DNA of 64,000 nt from Octopus sinensis. Taxonomy: Eukaryota. The notes under the pieces were generated by a model. The model ran no database searches. It was not told the DNA's origin and was given only the letters and a program-made list of their open reading frames with translations. Both the position numbers and the translations under genes were made by a program. Positions 37,065 to 50,363 of the stretch are shown here, piece by piece. Position 1 is the first letter of the stretch. Each line of letters starts with the position of its first letter. The stretch is taken from positions 48,422,001 through 48,486,000 of the forward strand of contig NC_043014.1 in the NCBI RefSeq assembly GCF_006345805.1, in the 5' to 3' direction.

Positions 37065-37417
37065 CTCTCTCTCACAATCACTCATACACACATATATTGA
37101 TATCTATCTGAGCGTGTGTGGTGAATGCACGTGGCTTAGTGGTTAGAGTGTTTGGCTCATGATATATATATTGTTGCAGGTGTGGCTGTGTGGTTAAGTT
37201 TGCTTCCCAACCACGTGGTTTCAGGTTCAGGCCCACTGCATGGGCATGTTGAGCGAGTGTCTTCTTCTATAGCCCCAGGCCATCCAACACCTGGTGACTA
37301 GGTTTGGTAGATGCAAACTTAAACTGTATATATGTGTATATGCGTGTATCTTTTCTTGGCATCATGTGATAGTTAAAAGCAAGCATCACAGCATCACTGC
37401 CAGATAAATGGTACCTT

Positions 37418-37565
37418 GTGTCGGACTAAATGCAGAGCAGGTCTGACTAAATGCGCAGTGCAGCAAACTAAATGCACAATGCCAGACTAAACGCATAGTG
37501 TATCGGACTAGATGCATGGTGTGTCGGACTAGATGCACACTGCATCGGACTAAACGCAGCGTATG
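37418..37565. repeat. ~21-bp degenerate tandem repeat (GGACTAAATGC core)
   Basis: About 7 units. Confidence 0.8.
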
Positions 37566-37809
37566 CCACCCTAGATATGGAGTCGTAATAAAGAACTATA
37601 GACAATTCAGTTACATATATTCTCCTCCTCACCTAAATTGTGATGTGGTGTGAAAAGTATGAGACTGTGATGGCTCACACTTTTGGTTTCATAATCGTGT
37701 TGTTCTGAGTTCAAATCCAGCTCAGTTTCTTTGGGTTTTTTTTAGCATGTGGGAGTGTGCAGCATGCATCAATGAAGCAGATGGCAGTTGACATTTAACC
37801 GCATGTAAT

Positions 37810-38010
37810 TTTTGATTGAGTAGACCTACAAAGACATTCCAGCCTTGATTGAGTAGACCTATCAAGACATTCCAGCCTTTTCTGTCTTTTTTTTTTGTTC
37901 AGATAAGAGTATATATATATATATATATCTTTTCATTTTTTAAAGATAGTAGGATGTGATAGAAAGGAAATTTGATTCCTATTTCTAGCAGGTTCAGTGA
38001 CTATGTAGTT
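37810..38010 (+). mobile_element. Unclassified interspersed repeat (family G)
   Basis: AGACCTA..AAAGACATTCCAGCC...ATTTG..T.CTATTTCTAGCAGG shared with about 16020-16100, 16690-16790, 22780-22905(-), 38810-38990, 43085-43190 and 53095-53290(-). Confidence 0.6.
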
Positions 38011-38422
38011 TTCTTTGTTGTGTACGTATCTGGGTAGATACAACTGAGTAGTGACCACCCCCTCTAAACATGTGACCTTCTTCTGCGTAGCCAGTCATGA
38101 CAGATCGATGAACAAGGAGTATCGACTAACTCCTGGTTGCACGAACAGGAGTTTGGATTGTAGACAGGTGTAGTGGATGTGCAACACTGTGGTTGGTTGC
38201 TAGGACACGGAGGAGGGAGAAGAAGAGGCGGAGGAAGAGAGTCTGTTTGATCGGCAGGCATATAATAGTCAGGATATATGGAACGATAATTAGAAACAGT
38301 TCAATTGTCAGATAAAAAGCATTTGCTTTGACTTTCATCAAATATATAATATGCTATATTTTAATGTATTTCCACATCTCTCCTCCCTCTCTCACTTCTC
38401 TTTGCCTCACCGTCTCCATATA

Positions 38423-38496
<74 letters not shown>

Positions 38497-39899
38497 TAGT
38501 AGCTGTGTGTAGATCCTTTAGAAGATAAATCTAATCTAGACTGACTTTCATGGGAAAAGCTGGATAGAGCTTCAAAACAAAAATTCTTTTTTTTTTTTTT
38601 TTAGCTATTTGTGTGTGTGCTTAGTGGATGGTGGTGGCCATATGCATGGGTTGGGGTTGTTAGTAGTTGTGGTGGTTTTCTATTTTTGTTGAATTGTAAT
38701 GTAAATCCCCTGACCCCGGGTCCTTCCTATTCAGTCTTCTAATCAGCCAACATGGACAGATAGTCCCACAACCAGTGGGGACAGCTAACGAGAAACTGTG
38801 GGCAATGATGTTGATTAACCCCAGATCAACCTTAATTAAGTAGACCTATGATCAAATGTTACTCCAGCCATGACCACCACATTTTTTTAGGAGTATGAAA
38901 ACTACATTACATTATCTATTACATCCTACCCTTCTACGATAGTGTGATCTGATGAAGATTTAGCTGCTATTTCTACAGATTTCTGCCACCATATGCAAGT
39001 CCTTATTGGATTACGCACTATTTAGTTTATCCCTTGTTTCATTGAAGCAAGGCTCAAGACCCTATGTCTTGCTTATGCCGGTATTTTGGTATGGTTTACA
39101 TGGCTGGATACCCTTCCTAACTCCAACCACTTTATTGAGTGCGTTGGTGCATTTATTGTGGCCCCAGTGCTGGTGTAGTTTTCCCCGTCTTTGAAAGGAA
39201 TTAGGGGTCCTCTCTAATCTTGTGATATCTCTGTTCACTGAAGGTAGTGTGATTGAGAGAGGCAGGAAATAGAAGAGATAGTGATGATTGCAGGGTGAGG
39301 GTGAGTGAGTAAGAGGGGTCAGAATATGATGTGGGGGTGGAGCAGGGATTAGAGCATGAGATTGGAGAGATGGAAGAGAGTGATGATGCTGGTGGAGCAG
39401 GGCAACAGCAGAAGAGACAGTAATGGCAATTATGTTTGTCACTGAGAGATTGATTGTTCACAAGGATGAGTGATGGTGAGAGCAAGTGATTTTCTGGTGG
39501 CTTGCAAGACAATAATAATAGGATATGTTCAATATGAACTGGTTCATTGCTACCCTTCACACATATGTCACAGTCATGAAAGCAGTGTCCCTTGTTTCCA
39601 ATCTTCCATGAAAACATGTCTGGTCACGGGGAATATGCAAAGAGGAGGAGGGAGGGAAACCACAAAGCAACATCACATCACGCCCTACGTCCTACAGCCC
39701 CACCATACACCACACTGCCCCAATCCTCAGAGATATCACCCAGTGAAGAGAAAGTAAATGCAGGGAGGTTGTGGTGATGGTGGTGATTGGAAGACTCCCT
39801 GCTGGTAAAACTTCATCCTTCAGCTAAAAAGGGTGAAGGTTGATGACAGGAAAGGTATCTGGCTTCAATAAATTCTGTCTGACTCACCCAAGCATGGCC

Positions 39900-40285
39900 C
39901 TTTTGTCAATGATGTTACCTGAGGGCATTGGAATTTTAGGGTTTGACAACCTTCACATCACTAACTCAGCCAGAGCTGAAGAGGCCCTGGCTTGTGATCG
40001 GCTAGCACAAGCACTTCAACACAATTTCTACTATTTCAGTGGCTACCTTTTTGTTCCTTTTCCAGCTGGCCTTGAGATGCCCAGCACATTGTCAGTCCTA
40101 TGGTATGACTGACCTACAAACCTTTTGCATCCCACCTCCATAGAATCACATTCCTTACCTACCACCTGTTGTTTTGGCATACTTTCACTGCCACTGTGTA
40201 CTGTGGCCTCCTCAGTGTGATCATATCTGGAAATCTCTGAGATCAGCACCATGTCTGGTCCTAGCAAGGTTGTTGTCATAGATTC
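39900..40285 (-). mobile_element. Hero-clade (RLE-type) non-LTR retrotransposon 3' fragment
   Basis: TTLLGPDMVLISE...SMEVGCKRFVGQSYHRTDNVLGI resembles the Hero endonuclease region (LRPDMVL...PIEVGCRGF.GQSL); followed by a Hero-like 3' UTR (...CAGGTAACATCATTGA). Confidence 0.65.
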
Positions 40286-41055
40286 TAGGTATTTTATTGG
40301 CGGGGGGGGGGGGCTTTCAACTGTCAGACTTGTGCTGTTGCCGGGAGGCTATAAAAAGTGGTCTTCACACCTGCTGTTTGCACTTCTCACTGTCAACAAC
40401 AACAATGGCCTTATTCACTGGGTGGAGGCATCTACAATTGTGAATCATAGAAGAGTCATCACAGCTGAACGTGAATACAATAAACAGCAAGTATTATTAC
40501 TCTTTCTATTAAAGAGTTCTTATTGTGGATTACTATGATCACTTGATGGATGTGTATACACACACAGAGAGAGTTGTTGGGCATTAGTCTGAAACTACAT
40601 GGATTCTGGCTCTCAAAGCTGATGAGAGGATTTCCATATTCCTGTAGGATTTCCACCTTGCTCCTGTCTGCTCAATTGAAAATTGAGTAGCTCAATCAAC
40701 TTGTGGTGCATCTCTCTCTCTCTCTCACCCCTGCAGCTGTCACAGTCTCAGTTTCTGCCAGGTCAAGGGTGGAAGGGCCAAGAAGGTATCAGTGTCTGCT
40801 CACAACTACATAGGTGCCTAAAACAATCGGTGGGCAAGGTACAACAAACCACCAAGCCACACTTACTTGCAAGTGATGGCTAAACTTTTCTCGTGTGTGT
40901 GTGTGTTGTCTGTCTGTCTGTTTCAATCATTTTATGTTGATGTTAAGTGTGTGTGTGTGTGCGTGTGTGTGTATATACACACGCACACACATTTTGGAGT
41001 ATATATATTTATAAATATTGTGTGCTTGTATTATATTCCTCTCATACACACATAC

Positions 41056-41094
<39 letters not shown>

Positions 41095-41766
41095 GATAGA
41101 TATATATATTATACACATACATACATGCAAATATATATATATATATTTATACATACATACATACATACACATTCACACACACACACACATACACAGACAC
41201 ATTCACACAAGACAAAATATCAATGCTGGAACCTCTTTTATGCTGTGTTTTGCCCAGTACACATCATACCTGCAGGGAGTCTTCCAACCACCACCACCAC
41301 CACCACCGCCGCCGTCGCCACTGCCCCCCCCCCGTCACTTCCCTGCATTTACTTTCCTTTCTCTTCACTGGTTAATATTTCTGTTTGTTTGAGGATTGGG
41401 GGTGGTGTGGTGTATGACGGGGGTGTAGGGTGTGTGATGTGATGTTGTTTCCCTCATTCCCCTCCCTCTCTCGCTCTCTTTCTCTCCTCTCACCTCTCCA
41501 TATGTTGTTACTACAGTGGAGGCTCTGCCAACATCATCACCAGCGTCACCATCAGCAGCATCATCACCAGCAGCACCAGCATCAGCATCAGCAGCAGCTA
41601 CATGCTATTGTATGACAGTTTCTCTTATCATCATATCTTTTTATAACTTAATAAACTGAAGAATCTATACTGCTTGCAAAGAGGATTGTCTGTGAGTGGC
41701 AGGTGGTGGTGGTGGTGACGTTGATGGTGGTGGTGCTGGTGTTGCTATTGCTAATGGTTGCATTGT

Positions 41767-41797
<31 letters not shown>

Positions 41798-41879
41798 CCC
41801 TCACGCTCTCTCCTTCTCCTCCTCTCTCTCTCTAGCAAGTTGGGAACATCTAAATTTCAAATCATTTTTCATTTTTGAT

Positions 41880-42700
41880 TTGCATAGATGGTTTAGTCAG
41901 TCTGATGATAGGGTGACGGTGGTGTTGGTATAAGTGTTGCAGTGGTGGCGATGGTGGTGATAGTGATCTAGTGTGATGGTGGTGGTGATACTAGTGATGT
42001 AGTGTAATGGTGGTGGTGGTTGTAGTGTGGTGGTGGTGGTGGTGATACTAGTGATGTGTGGTGGTGGTGGTGATAGTAGTGATGTAGTGTGGTGGTGGTG
42101 GTGGTGGTGATAGTAGTGATGTAGTGTGTGGTGGTGGTGGTGATAGTAGTGATGTAGTGTGGTGGTGGTGATAGCAGTGGCATAGTGCGGTGGTGATAGC
42201 AGTGGCATAGTGCGGTGGTGATAGCAGTGGCATAGTGTGGTGGTGATAGTATTGGCATAGTGTGGTAGTGGTGGTGATAGTAATGGTATAGTGTGATAAT
42301 GGTGGAGACAGTAATGTAGTGTGGTGGTTGTGGTGGTGGTAATGGTAGCGGTATCATATAAAGGTGGTGGTGTAGCATGGTGTTGTGTGTAGCGATAGTA
42401 GTTGTATAGTGTGGTAGTGTTAGTAGTATAGTGCAGTGATCCTGGTACTGTTGAAGTTTTGGGATTGGTGGTGTTGGCTTAGCATGGTAGTGAGCTGTGG
42501 TGGTATGGTAGATGTGGTACAGCTGTTGTGTAGTTTGGTGTTGGTGGTGATGATGTGGTTGTAGAGTGGTGGTAGATGTGGTAGTATACTGGTGATATAC
42601 TAGATGCTGTACTGTAATAGTTACTGGTGGTGGTGTTATTATAGTTGTGTAGTAGATGTCATAATAGTGATGGTAGTAGTAGTGGTGGTGGTGGTGGAAC
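41880..42700. repeat. (TGG)n/(TAG)n-based compound repeat with higher-order units
   Basis: Recurrent GGTGATAGTAGTGATGTAGTGTGGTGG. Confidence 0.92.
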
Positions 42701-43211
42701 AGTTGGGAAGACCTCAAACTATTAACTTGTTCAGTGTAATATAATTAGTTTCCAGAGAAAGTTAGTTACTCAATCACTCAGTAACAACCATGTTGCTATG
42801 TTAAATGATATATGAAGAACAGAGCTGTATAATCTCCTAACTTCTTATTATGTTGCTAACGACTGTAATTAGCACAGCTTTGAGTGGAACTCTTCAATTT
42901 CGACTAAAACTAGCTTTACATCAAATCTCTCCATTTATGCCGACATCCAGCTTTTCTACTAAATTTTCGATACATAAAACATAAAAACAGGGAAAAAATT
43001 GATTTTATCATCTGATATTCTTTTTATTTTATTTTATTTTATTTTATTTTTTTGTGCAGTTGTTGTAGTGTTGGTTGTTGTGGTTGTTGTTGTAGTTGTG
43101 GTTTAATCCCAGGTCCACTCTGATTTGAAATCAAAAGCATTCTAGCGATGCCTGTCCAATTCTCCTCTCACACATTGTCTACCTAGGACTGCAAATATCC
43201 AATGCATCCCT

Positions 43212-43355
43212 GGCGTTAGGAAGGGCATCCAGCTGTAGAAGCACTGCCAAATCAGACTGGAGCCTGGTGCAGCCTCCTGGCTTCCCAGACCCCGGTCGAA
43301 CCGTCCAACCCATGCTAGCATGGAAAACGGACGTTAAACGATGATGATGATGATG
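43212..43355 (+). mobile_element. Family C (RTE-tail) copy, 5'-truncated
   Basis: TGGCGTTAGGAAGGGCATCCAGCTGTAG...GGACGTTAAACGATGATG. Confidence 0.9.
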
Positions 43356-43899
43356 AATGTTATACAATTCTATATTTTCGAGATGAGGAATTCATATTAC
43401 ATCAGTTGGGCTGATGTCCTCATCCTGATTGTTGCTTTCACTTTGCTTTGGCTGTTGTATGCACCAGTCTTCCTCAGGTGTCCTATATTGATCTCGGTTG
43501 TTGTACCAAGTTCAACACATGACATCTGAAGACAGCTGGAGTGTACAACAGCCAAAAAGTAGTGAAAGGATCTCACTTCGACTAGTATAAACAGTATACA
43601 TGGTACAGTGTAATTTGAAGAAATATCTTGTTTCTATTTCTAGCATGTCAAGCAAACACGAAGAAGTTTCCTCAGTGACTCTAACCAATAAATGAGCTTC
43701 AAGGTGGGGGTTTTGACCTGCTAGAAATATCAACTCACTTTTCGTCAACTCAAACTCTACCATTTAAAAATAAAAATTTAAAAAAACGATTCAAGTTGGC
43801 TCATATAGTCTTGAATACACTGTGACTGAATACAAGACAAGGTAATCATCACAGAACACTTATTATGGAACTAAGCCACAACAACAACAACAGTAATCG

Positions 43900-44330
43900 T
43901 GATCTTTGTCTGTTTTTACCTTCTAGTATGGGTTGTCCAAATTTACTGCATTCCTCTTAATCTGGGCTTATGTCATCTGTTGAAGTCCAATATATACACA
44001 CACTTTGGCTCATCTAATGATCCAACATCCACAGATCTAACTGGACCATTTCTTTCAGTCTTTCTCTTCCCCTGCAACATTCCATTCTTACTAAACCATG
44101 ATGCTCCATCTAACAGGTGTCATCACATCCCTGTACAGCCAGCTCATATGTTGTCTCGGTCTGGTATTTAATATTTTTTGTACATGCTCTCTCTTACATT
44201 CACCATTGTTCATCCAATGGATCTGAGGGAGTTCATATCTCCCATAAGTCTTCTCTGTTCAGTACACCCCACTCCGTCATATGTTTCTGTATAAAGCATT
44301 TTCATACTCCAATATATAATTATTTCACTG
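43900..44330 (-). mobile_element. Highly degenerate RTE-like 3' coding relic
   Basis: Fragmentary minus-strand similarity (AKVCIYWTST) with many stops. Confidence 0.35.
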
Positions 44331-44800
44331 GAATAATAACAGACACTGAAAGAATGTAGGGGTGGAGTGCCAAAGGAATGTTGTTTCGGGAATAGAAGAT
44401 TAGCCTGAGAGGAATCTATTGTGTAGGATAAGCGAGATATGGGAGATGGCTGAGTATGGGTCAGAGGGTCAATAATCAATGTAGTGATAATGAAAAATGA
44501 CCAGAATGGAAGCCAAATTGCAACAGTAGACAAGGGAGATGCAGTGAGGCGATTGTAATGTTGATTGTTTACACTTGGAATCAGACGATGTATTGGGTGT
44601 GAATTTGTCCCGTATCTACTCAAGTTCACTTGGTTTGGAAAAGGGGCCCAGAAAAAATTAAACTTAGAATGAGTGACGACTGTGTAGTTTTTAATTGATT
44701 TACTTATGAAGTGTATGTCTAATTAGAGTGGCTTATTGTGTCGTTAAAGTGATTAAGGCAAAAGGTAAATAAATAAGGCTCCAGTATTTCAGCAAAAATA

Positions 44801-44977
44801 CGTCTGCCGCTACGTTCTGAGTTCAAATTCCATCAAGGTCGACTTTGCCTTTCATCCTTTTGGGGTCGATTAAATAAGTACCAGTTACGCACTGGGGTCG
44901 ATATAATCGACTTGATCCATTTGTCTGTCCTTGTTTATCCCTTCTGTGTTCAGCCCCTTGTGGGTAGTAAAGAAATA
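44801..44977 (+). mobile_element. SINE family A, 5'-truncated, with TSD
   Basis: TSD AGTATTTCAGCAAAA / AGTATTTTAGCAAAA at 44783-44797 and 44978-44992. Confidence 0.92.
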
Positions 44978-45432
44978 AGTATTTTAGCAAAAGTCATACT
45001 CTATTTAAATTCCAGTGACTGAATGTAATTGTTGCAAGTTAATACTGTATTTTCTGACTTGGTGGTGAACCCTAGCAGATTATCGGAGAATTCCTTCAAA
45101 GGAGACCCACATATTCCATAATACCATTTATGGTGCCTGACCGAGGCCAGCCAAATATGAAATTGACAGACATACAGATCAATCAAAACCTGCAGGCTTA
45201 TGATTCTAATGTGATGCTACAACATTCATTCATTTGCCTTGGTGCTACCTTCCAACACTTTCTCACCAATAATTTAATTTCTGGCAGAGAAAGGATGGTC
45301 ATATTTGTATCATGGCATTTCTCTGACAGGAAAATAGAAACCACTTCACTCAGATTATAACCTCTCTGTCTCTATCCGGCTGTCTCTCTCTCTCTCCGTC
45401 TGTCTCTCTCTCTCTCTCCGTCTCTCTCTCTC

Positions 45433-45467
<35 letters not shown>

Positions 45468-46118
45468 CTGTGATTACTGTGTTTAACTGCTTACATGTCT
45501 GCCGTTGCTATTAGAAATGGTGAGATCCCCATTTATCTTTAATAACAGCTAAAATTTCCACAATGTCTCTTATCTCTCAGATAGTCGTCCCCTGGGATTC
45601 GGTTAGCTTCAACTATGAACTTTAGCATATTTCAGTAGTAACAGCGTTGGCTGTTGCAGTAGTGGTGGTTGTTGGCACTGAGTAGAGCGCTGCGCTAAAG
45701 TTTACCGTTGGGATTCACTGAATAATGTCATGTATTTGCCGCCTCTTTAATTTTTCATGCCATCCAATGGAGAGATCCTCGTCATAATATGGAAATTTTA
45801 TACCACAACAACATGGGATTATTTTTTTTTCTCATCTTTCCTTTCACATGTGTCTCAACATTTTTATTCCATGTTACTTTGTCATCAACAGCATTTTTAC
45901 TATAGTTCCCGTCTCTCCCACTCCAACTTCTCCATGTATTATCTATTGATGTAGGTTCAATAACCATTTGATTATCCCTTAATTTGATTTGTTATTTGCC
46001 CAGATCAGTTCATTCTTCCAATTTAATCTAAGACTCTTAACGACTTATCATTTCAAAAATTATATGTAATCTGGGGGAAGTTTTTTTCCTCCTCACCCCC
46101 ACCTCTCTCCGTATCCAG

Positions 46119-46174
46119 TTCAAAGTCAGTGGAGTGTTAGAAATGGTAGTGCTGTGACTACTAAATGTCTTGAA
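46119..46174 (+). CDS. Candidate 56-nt exon, xQSQWSVRNGSAVTTKCLE
   Basis: Long pyrimidine tract ending CCAG, GAA|GTATGT donor; only phase 1 is open, exits in phase 0. Confidence 0.35.
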
Positions 46175-47599
46175 GTATGTGGTTTATCTCTCTAACATTC
46201 CCGATGGAATTTCCATTCAGAATATAATTTCGTCTTTCATCTCTTTGTGGCCATAAAATAATTATCCATCATGTGTGTTAGTGGCAGGGGAATAGATTTA
46301 GTGAATTACACTCCTCTTCTATCTCAGATGCATAGTTTTGGGCCAATATAAGAAATCATTTTATAACTAAAATAGCCATCCCGTCTGTGTGTATATGTCT
46401 TCTTTCTGGTCACTGGTTCAGCTCTAGACCTTTCTTATTTGTCTCTGAGTAAATCCTAGCACCAACTAATTTATTTCATTTCTATTTCAAACTTGAAGAA
46501 ATGTCATTTTTACCAAGATAAAGCAACAGGACCATTACATTTTTACCTCTCATTACCCCTTAAAATGAAAAAACAAATCTCCCTCCATACAACAAACTTT
46601 TCCAACTTTTCTTGTCTCTATTTGTTTATCCATACAATCATAAACTTTCCTTGGGTTACTGAGTTTAGTTTGTGTATAACTTAATATATTCCTAGACTAC
46701 CTTGTGTGTGTATGTTTTTATATATATATATATATATATATCCAACCCGTGCTAGCACGGAAAACGGATGTTAAATGATTATATATATATATATATAATG
46801 TATATATATACATACACCTAGCTATACAGGTGTGTGTAATTCAATTTTTGCACAATAATAAAACATTTAATTAATAGGTGTGGTTTTGTTGTTACCACCA
46901 GACCAATATCTTTTAGATCGTTGTCACCTGTAAAGGTGTATTAGGTTAAAATTACATCTTGGTTGTTAAATCGTTGACACACACACAGTATGCTATGACT
47001 GTACAAGGTATTACTGGTATGCTCTGTTCCTTTGTATTATTTACTGCTGCCCACCTCTACTAAATGACAGCAATGAAAATAATATATTTTCTGTATAGAG
47101 GAAGATGTCATGCTTCACTCCCCATGTGATATTTCTTTCCCTCTCTCCAACCCTTCTCCCCACTGTAATAATTTTCTAACAATAAAGCCAGTTGTCATAT
47201 TACATATATTTACGTGTGTGTGTGTGTGTATATATATACATACACACACACATACACGTGTATGTATGTGTGTGTGTGTGTATATATATGAGTATGTATG
47301 TGCCTTTATATATGCAGGTATGCATGTACATATGTGTGTGTGTGTGTGTTTGTATATATTATCACAAACATGAAATGCCCAGTCATGTTGTTGCGCACCA
47401 AACATACATGACATACACACCAACAAGTATATGTGCCTTTTGTCTCTGTGTGTGTGTGTATCATTATAATTTTTATGGCCATTCTTTCACCACTGGCATG
47501 GGTTGGACAACATTTGTTAAAGGTATATTTAGGTATATTTGAGCCTCTGCTAAACTGAAATGTCCAATCTGGATTGTCGGCTTGAAGAAAGGATCATTA

Positions 47600-48450
47600 T
47601 CATGTTTAGTTTTATTGTAGCTTTAAGCTACCAAGAAATAATTTAAATTGTCGAGGCCAGGCATCAGGATGTTGGTCCAAGGTTTTTCTCCGCAATGCAA
47701 GCCACTGTGGAAGCTCTCTTGCTAGAAAATTCCTTCAGAACTACTCAGATGTCAACACAGTTTTCACTATAGAGGTTGTGAAGAAGTTCTTCAGTTTTCT
47801 ACTTAATATTCACTTTTAGTACGTCTTTGCATGCTTCATAGTGCGACTTTAGATGAATTGAGGTTCCTTTTCCAGTGAACCTAGATTGGTTTTACTGGCT
47901 TGCTTTCTTCAAATCCTTTCAGGCCTTGTTACTGTCCCATTGGAAGCAAAGATCGACGTCTTCATTCTATTCTTTGAGAGTAATTCCAGTGTTACATCTA
48001 TGTTGGCAGTGACTACAATATCATTTACTGCACTGCAATATTTGTCCTGAAGCCTGTTGCAGAGAGATATGACCTTGTTGTATACTTCAACTGTAAACTC
48101 CTTGCATAGGGTAACATCATCTGTAATTTCCCCCCAGGTGCTTTGTTTCGTAGAATCTCTAGCTGGTACTTTGACCTTGTGGGTAACTTACCTGGCATTT
48201 GCATGAAATGATTCTGTGGTCAGACTTAACACCTGAAGAGTTGTATGTAAGTGAAGTTATTTAATCCACTTCTTTCTTTCTAACTTGGATTTAATCCAGT
48301 TCAGTAAAACTGCTACAGGGACAATATGCCCGGAGGCTGCCTTCTGAAACTATGTATTAGTAGTAGCAAGATGGCTGTAATTACCTGACCTCCCATTGTG
48401 TAGTCGTGATGTGGAATGAAGTGGAAGTGGACAGACTGGGGTAAGAAGAG
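47600..48450 (-). mobile_element. Degenerate RTE LINE fragment (endonuclease end to linker)
   Basis: Frameshifted minus-strand remnants resembling RTE ITYxSGG...IDYIL and WWWNEDV motifs. Confidence 0.4.
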
Positions 48451-48649
48451 TTCTGTCCCTTATTTTAGTGCATGTCTGGTTATGGGTAAATATCACCTTA
48501 CTTGGGAACAGGGGAGGGTTGGCGACAAGAAAGGCATCTCTAGTTGTATAAAATTATTTGTCTTAATGAATTCCATCTGACCCATGCAAGCGTGGAAAAG
48601 TGGAAGTTAAAGCAACGACGATGGTGATGATATTTGTGTGTGTGTGTGT

Positions 48650-48696
<47 letters not shown>

Positions 48697-49626
48697 TGTG
48701 TGTGTGATCTTTCTTGTCAATGTCTAGAATGTGCTGCTGTCTCAAGTAATTGATACTCAAGACAGAAAGCATAATAAACAACTATTGCTGGACACTGGTA
48801 ATTTGTTTGTCAGAGTCATTTCTTCCTTTTGTGCTTAGCTTTGGACACTGTCCATTACAGAAGCCAGAGAGAAATGGAGAGTGAGAGTGAGAGTATTGAT
48901 TGACACTAGGTGAAAGGTCAGCACTTTGACCTTCCTTGCTGGCCTTTGTAGCAACATAATAACCATATTACTGTTAGTATGTTGGCTCTAACACTTTATT
49001 GATCTTCACTGTTGGCTCCAGTAGTTTTGCTGTGACAACAACACTCACTCTACAGCAATCTCCTTACACACTAGTCTGCTGGCTTTCAGATTATTTCTCT
49101 CTCACAGAACATCCAATTACACACACATAAATAGACAGCCACACACACACACAAATAGACACACACACACACACACAGATAGACATATATACACAATGGT
49201 TGGTGGAGAGATAGAGCAGGAAAAATGAAAATGCTTTCTCTCTCTCTCTCTTTCGTTCTCTCTTTCTCTCTTTTTTATGTCCTCTCTATTTCTATAATTA
49301 TTGCTGTTTCGATAATTATTGAAACCCCTCCCCCATTTGTTTAGGGCTAACTAAAATCTATAGTATTTCTAATTATTTTATTCTCTACCCCTCTCCGTCT
49401 CCCTATCTCTCTCTCTCTCCCTAACTCTCCATCTCTCTCTCTCATCTACCCAATCTCTCTCCTTAAGCAGAATCATAATTAGAAGCATCAGTTTTATATT
49501 TTAAAGTGATGCAGAAATGTCAGCATATTGCTAGTAATGCAGTTCTCATTTGAATAAAATTAGTGTTGGCGGTTGTTGATATTGGGATCAAATTTTACCA
49601 GGGTTAACCTTTAATCCTTCCTCCAG

Positions 49627-49657
49627 GAGGAGAGCGGACGGGGTTGGTTGATAAAAT
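49627..49657 (+). CDS. Candidate 31-nt exon, EESGRGWLIK
   Basis: TTAAC...TCCTTCCTCCAG acceptor, AAT|GTTAGT donor; phase 0 open. Confidence 0.25.
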
Positions 49658-50026
49658 GTTAGTTATGACTGAACTGATGTAGGTTGTCAACTCTCTCTCT
49701 CTCTCTCTCCCGACAAATATGAGAGGTTAAAAGCAGAGCATTGGGAAAATACCTTGTCAGTACCTGCCCTTCAATTTGTAGCTTCATGTCCCTCTTGAAA
49801 AATCATCATTACAATAAGTTGGTAAAGGTCCAAACATTATACTGTGCAGTGTTTAGTTGTTACTTGATGTTTTGGGTTCAAATCCTGTTGCTTAACGTTT
49901 TATGTTCAGATCGAGGGATTTGCCCTTATCTCTCTTCAGGGATCAATCAGCTTAATATGCCAATCAAATACTTAGGGATTGACTTAATAGTCTTCCCCAT
50001 GCCTCTAAAATTTGTCCCTTTTATTT

Positions 50027-50363
50027 TTTACTTGTTTCAGTCATTAGACTGTGGCTATGCTGGGACACCTTGAAGAATTTTAGTTGATTGAATTGACCCC
50101 AGTACTAAAGCCTGGTATTTATTCTATCAATCTCTTTTGCTGAACTGCCAAGTTATGGGGACATAAACACACTAACACTGGTTGTCAAGTAGTGGCAGGG
50201 CACAAACACACATGCAACAGGCTTCTTTCAGTTTTCTTCTACCAAATCTACTCACAAGGCTTTGGTCAGCTCGAGACTACAGCTGAAGATACTTGCCCAA
50301 GGTGGGATTGAACCCAGAACTATGTGATTGGGAAGCAAACTTCTCACCACACAGCCACACCTG
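50027..50363 (-). mobile_element. SINE family B, degenerate
   Basis: Family B body and head on the minus strand. Confidence 0.8.

Noticed and set aside
41897-42717. His/Pro/Thr-rich ORFs (249 aa)
   Set aside because: Products of the (TGG)n-type compound repeat; several frames are open and there is no splice or domain evidence.
48186-48197. ACTTACCTGGCA matching the U1 snRNA 5' end
   Set aside because: Only 12 nt; the downstream sequence does not continue as U1 and lies within a LINE relic.
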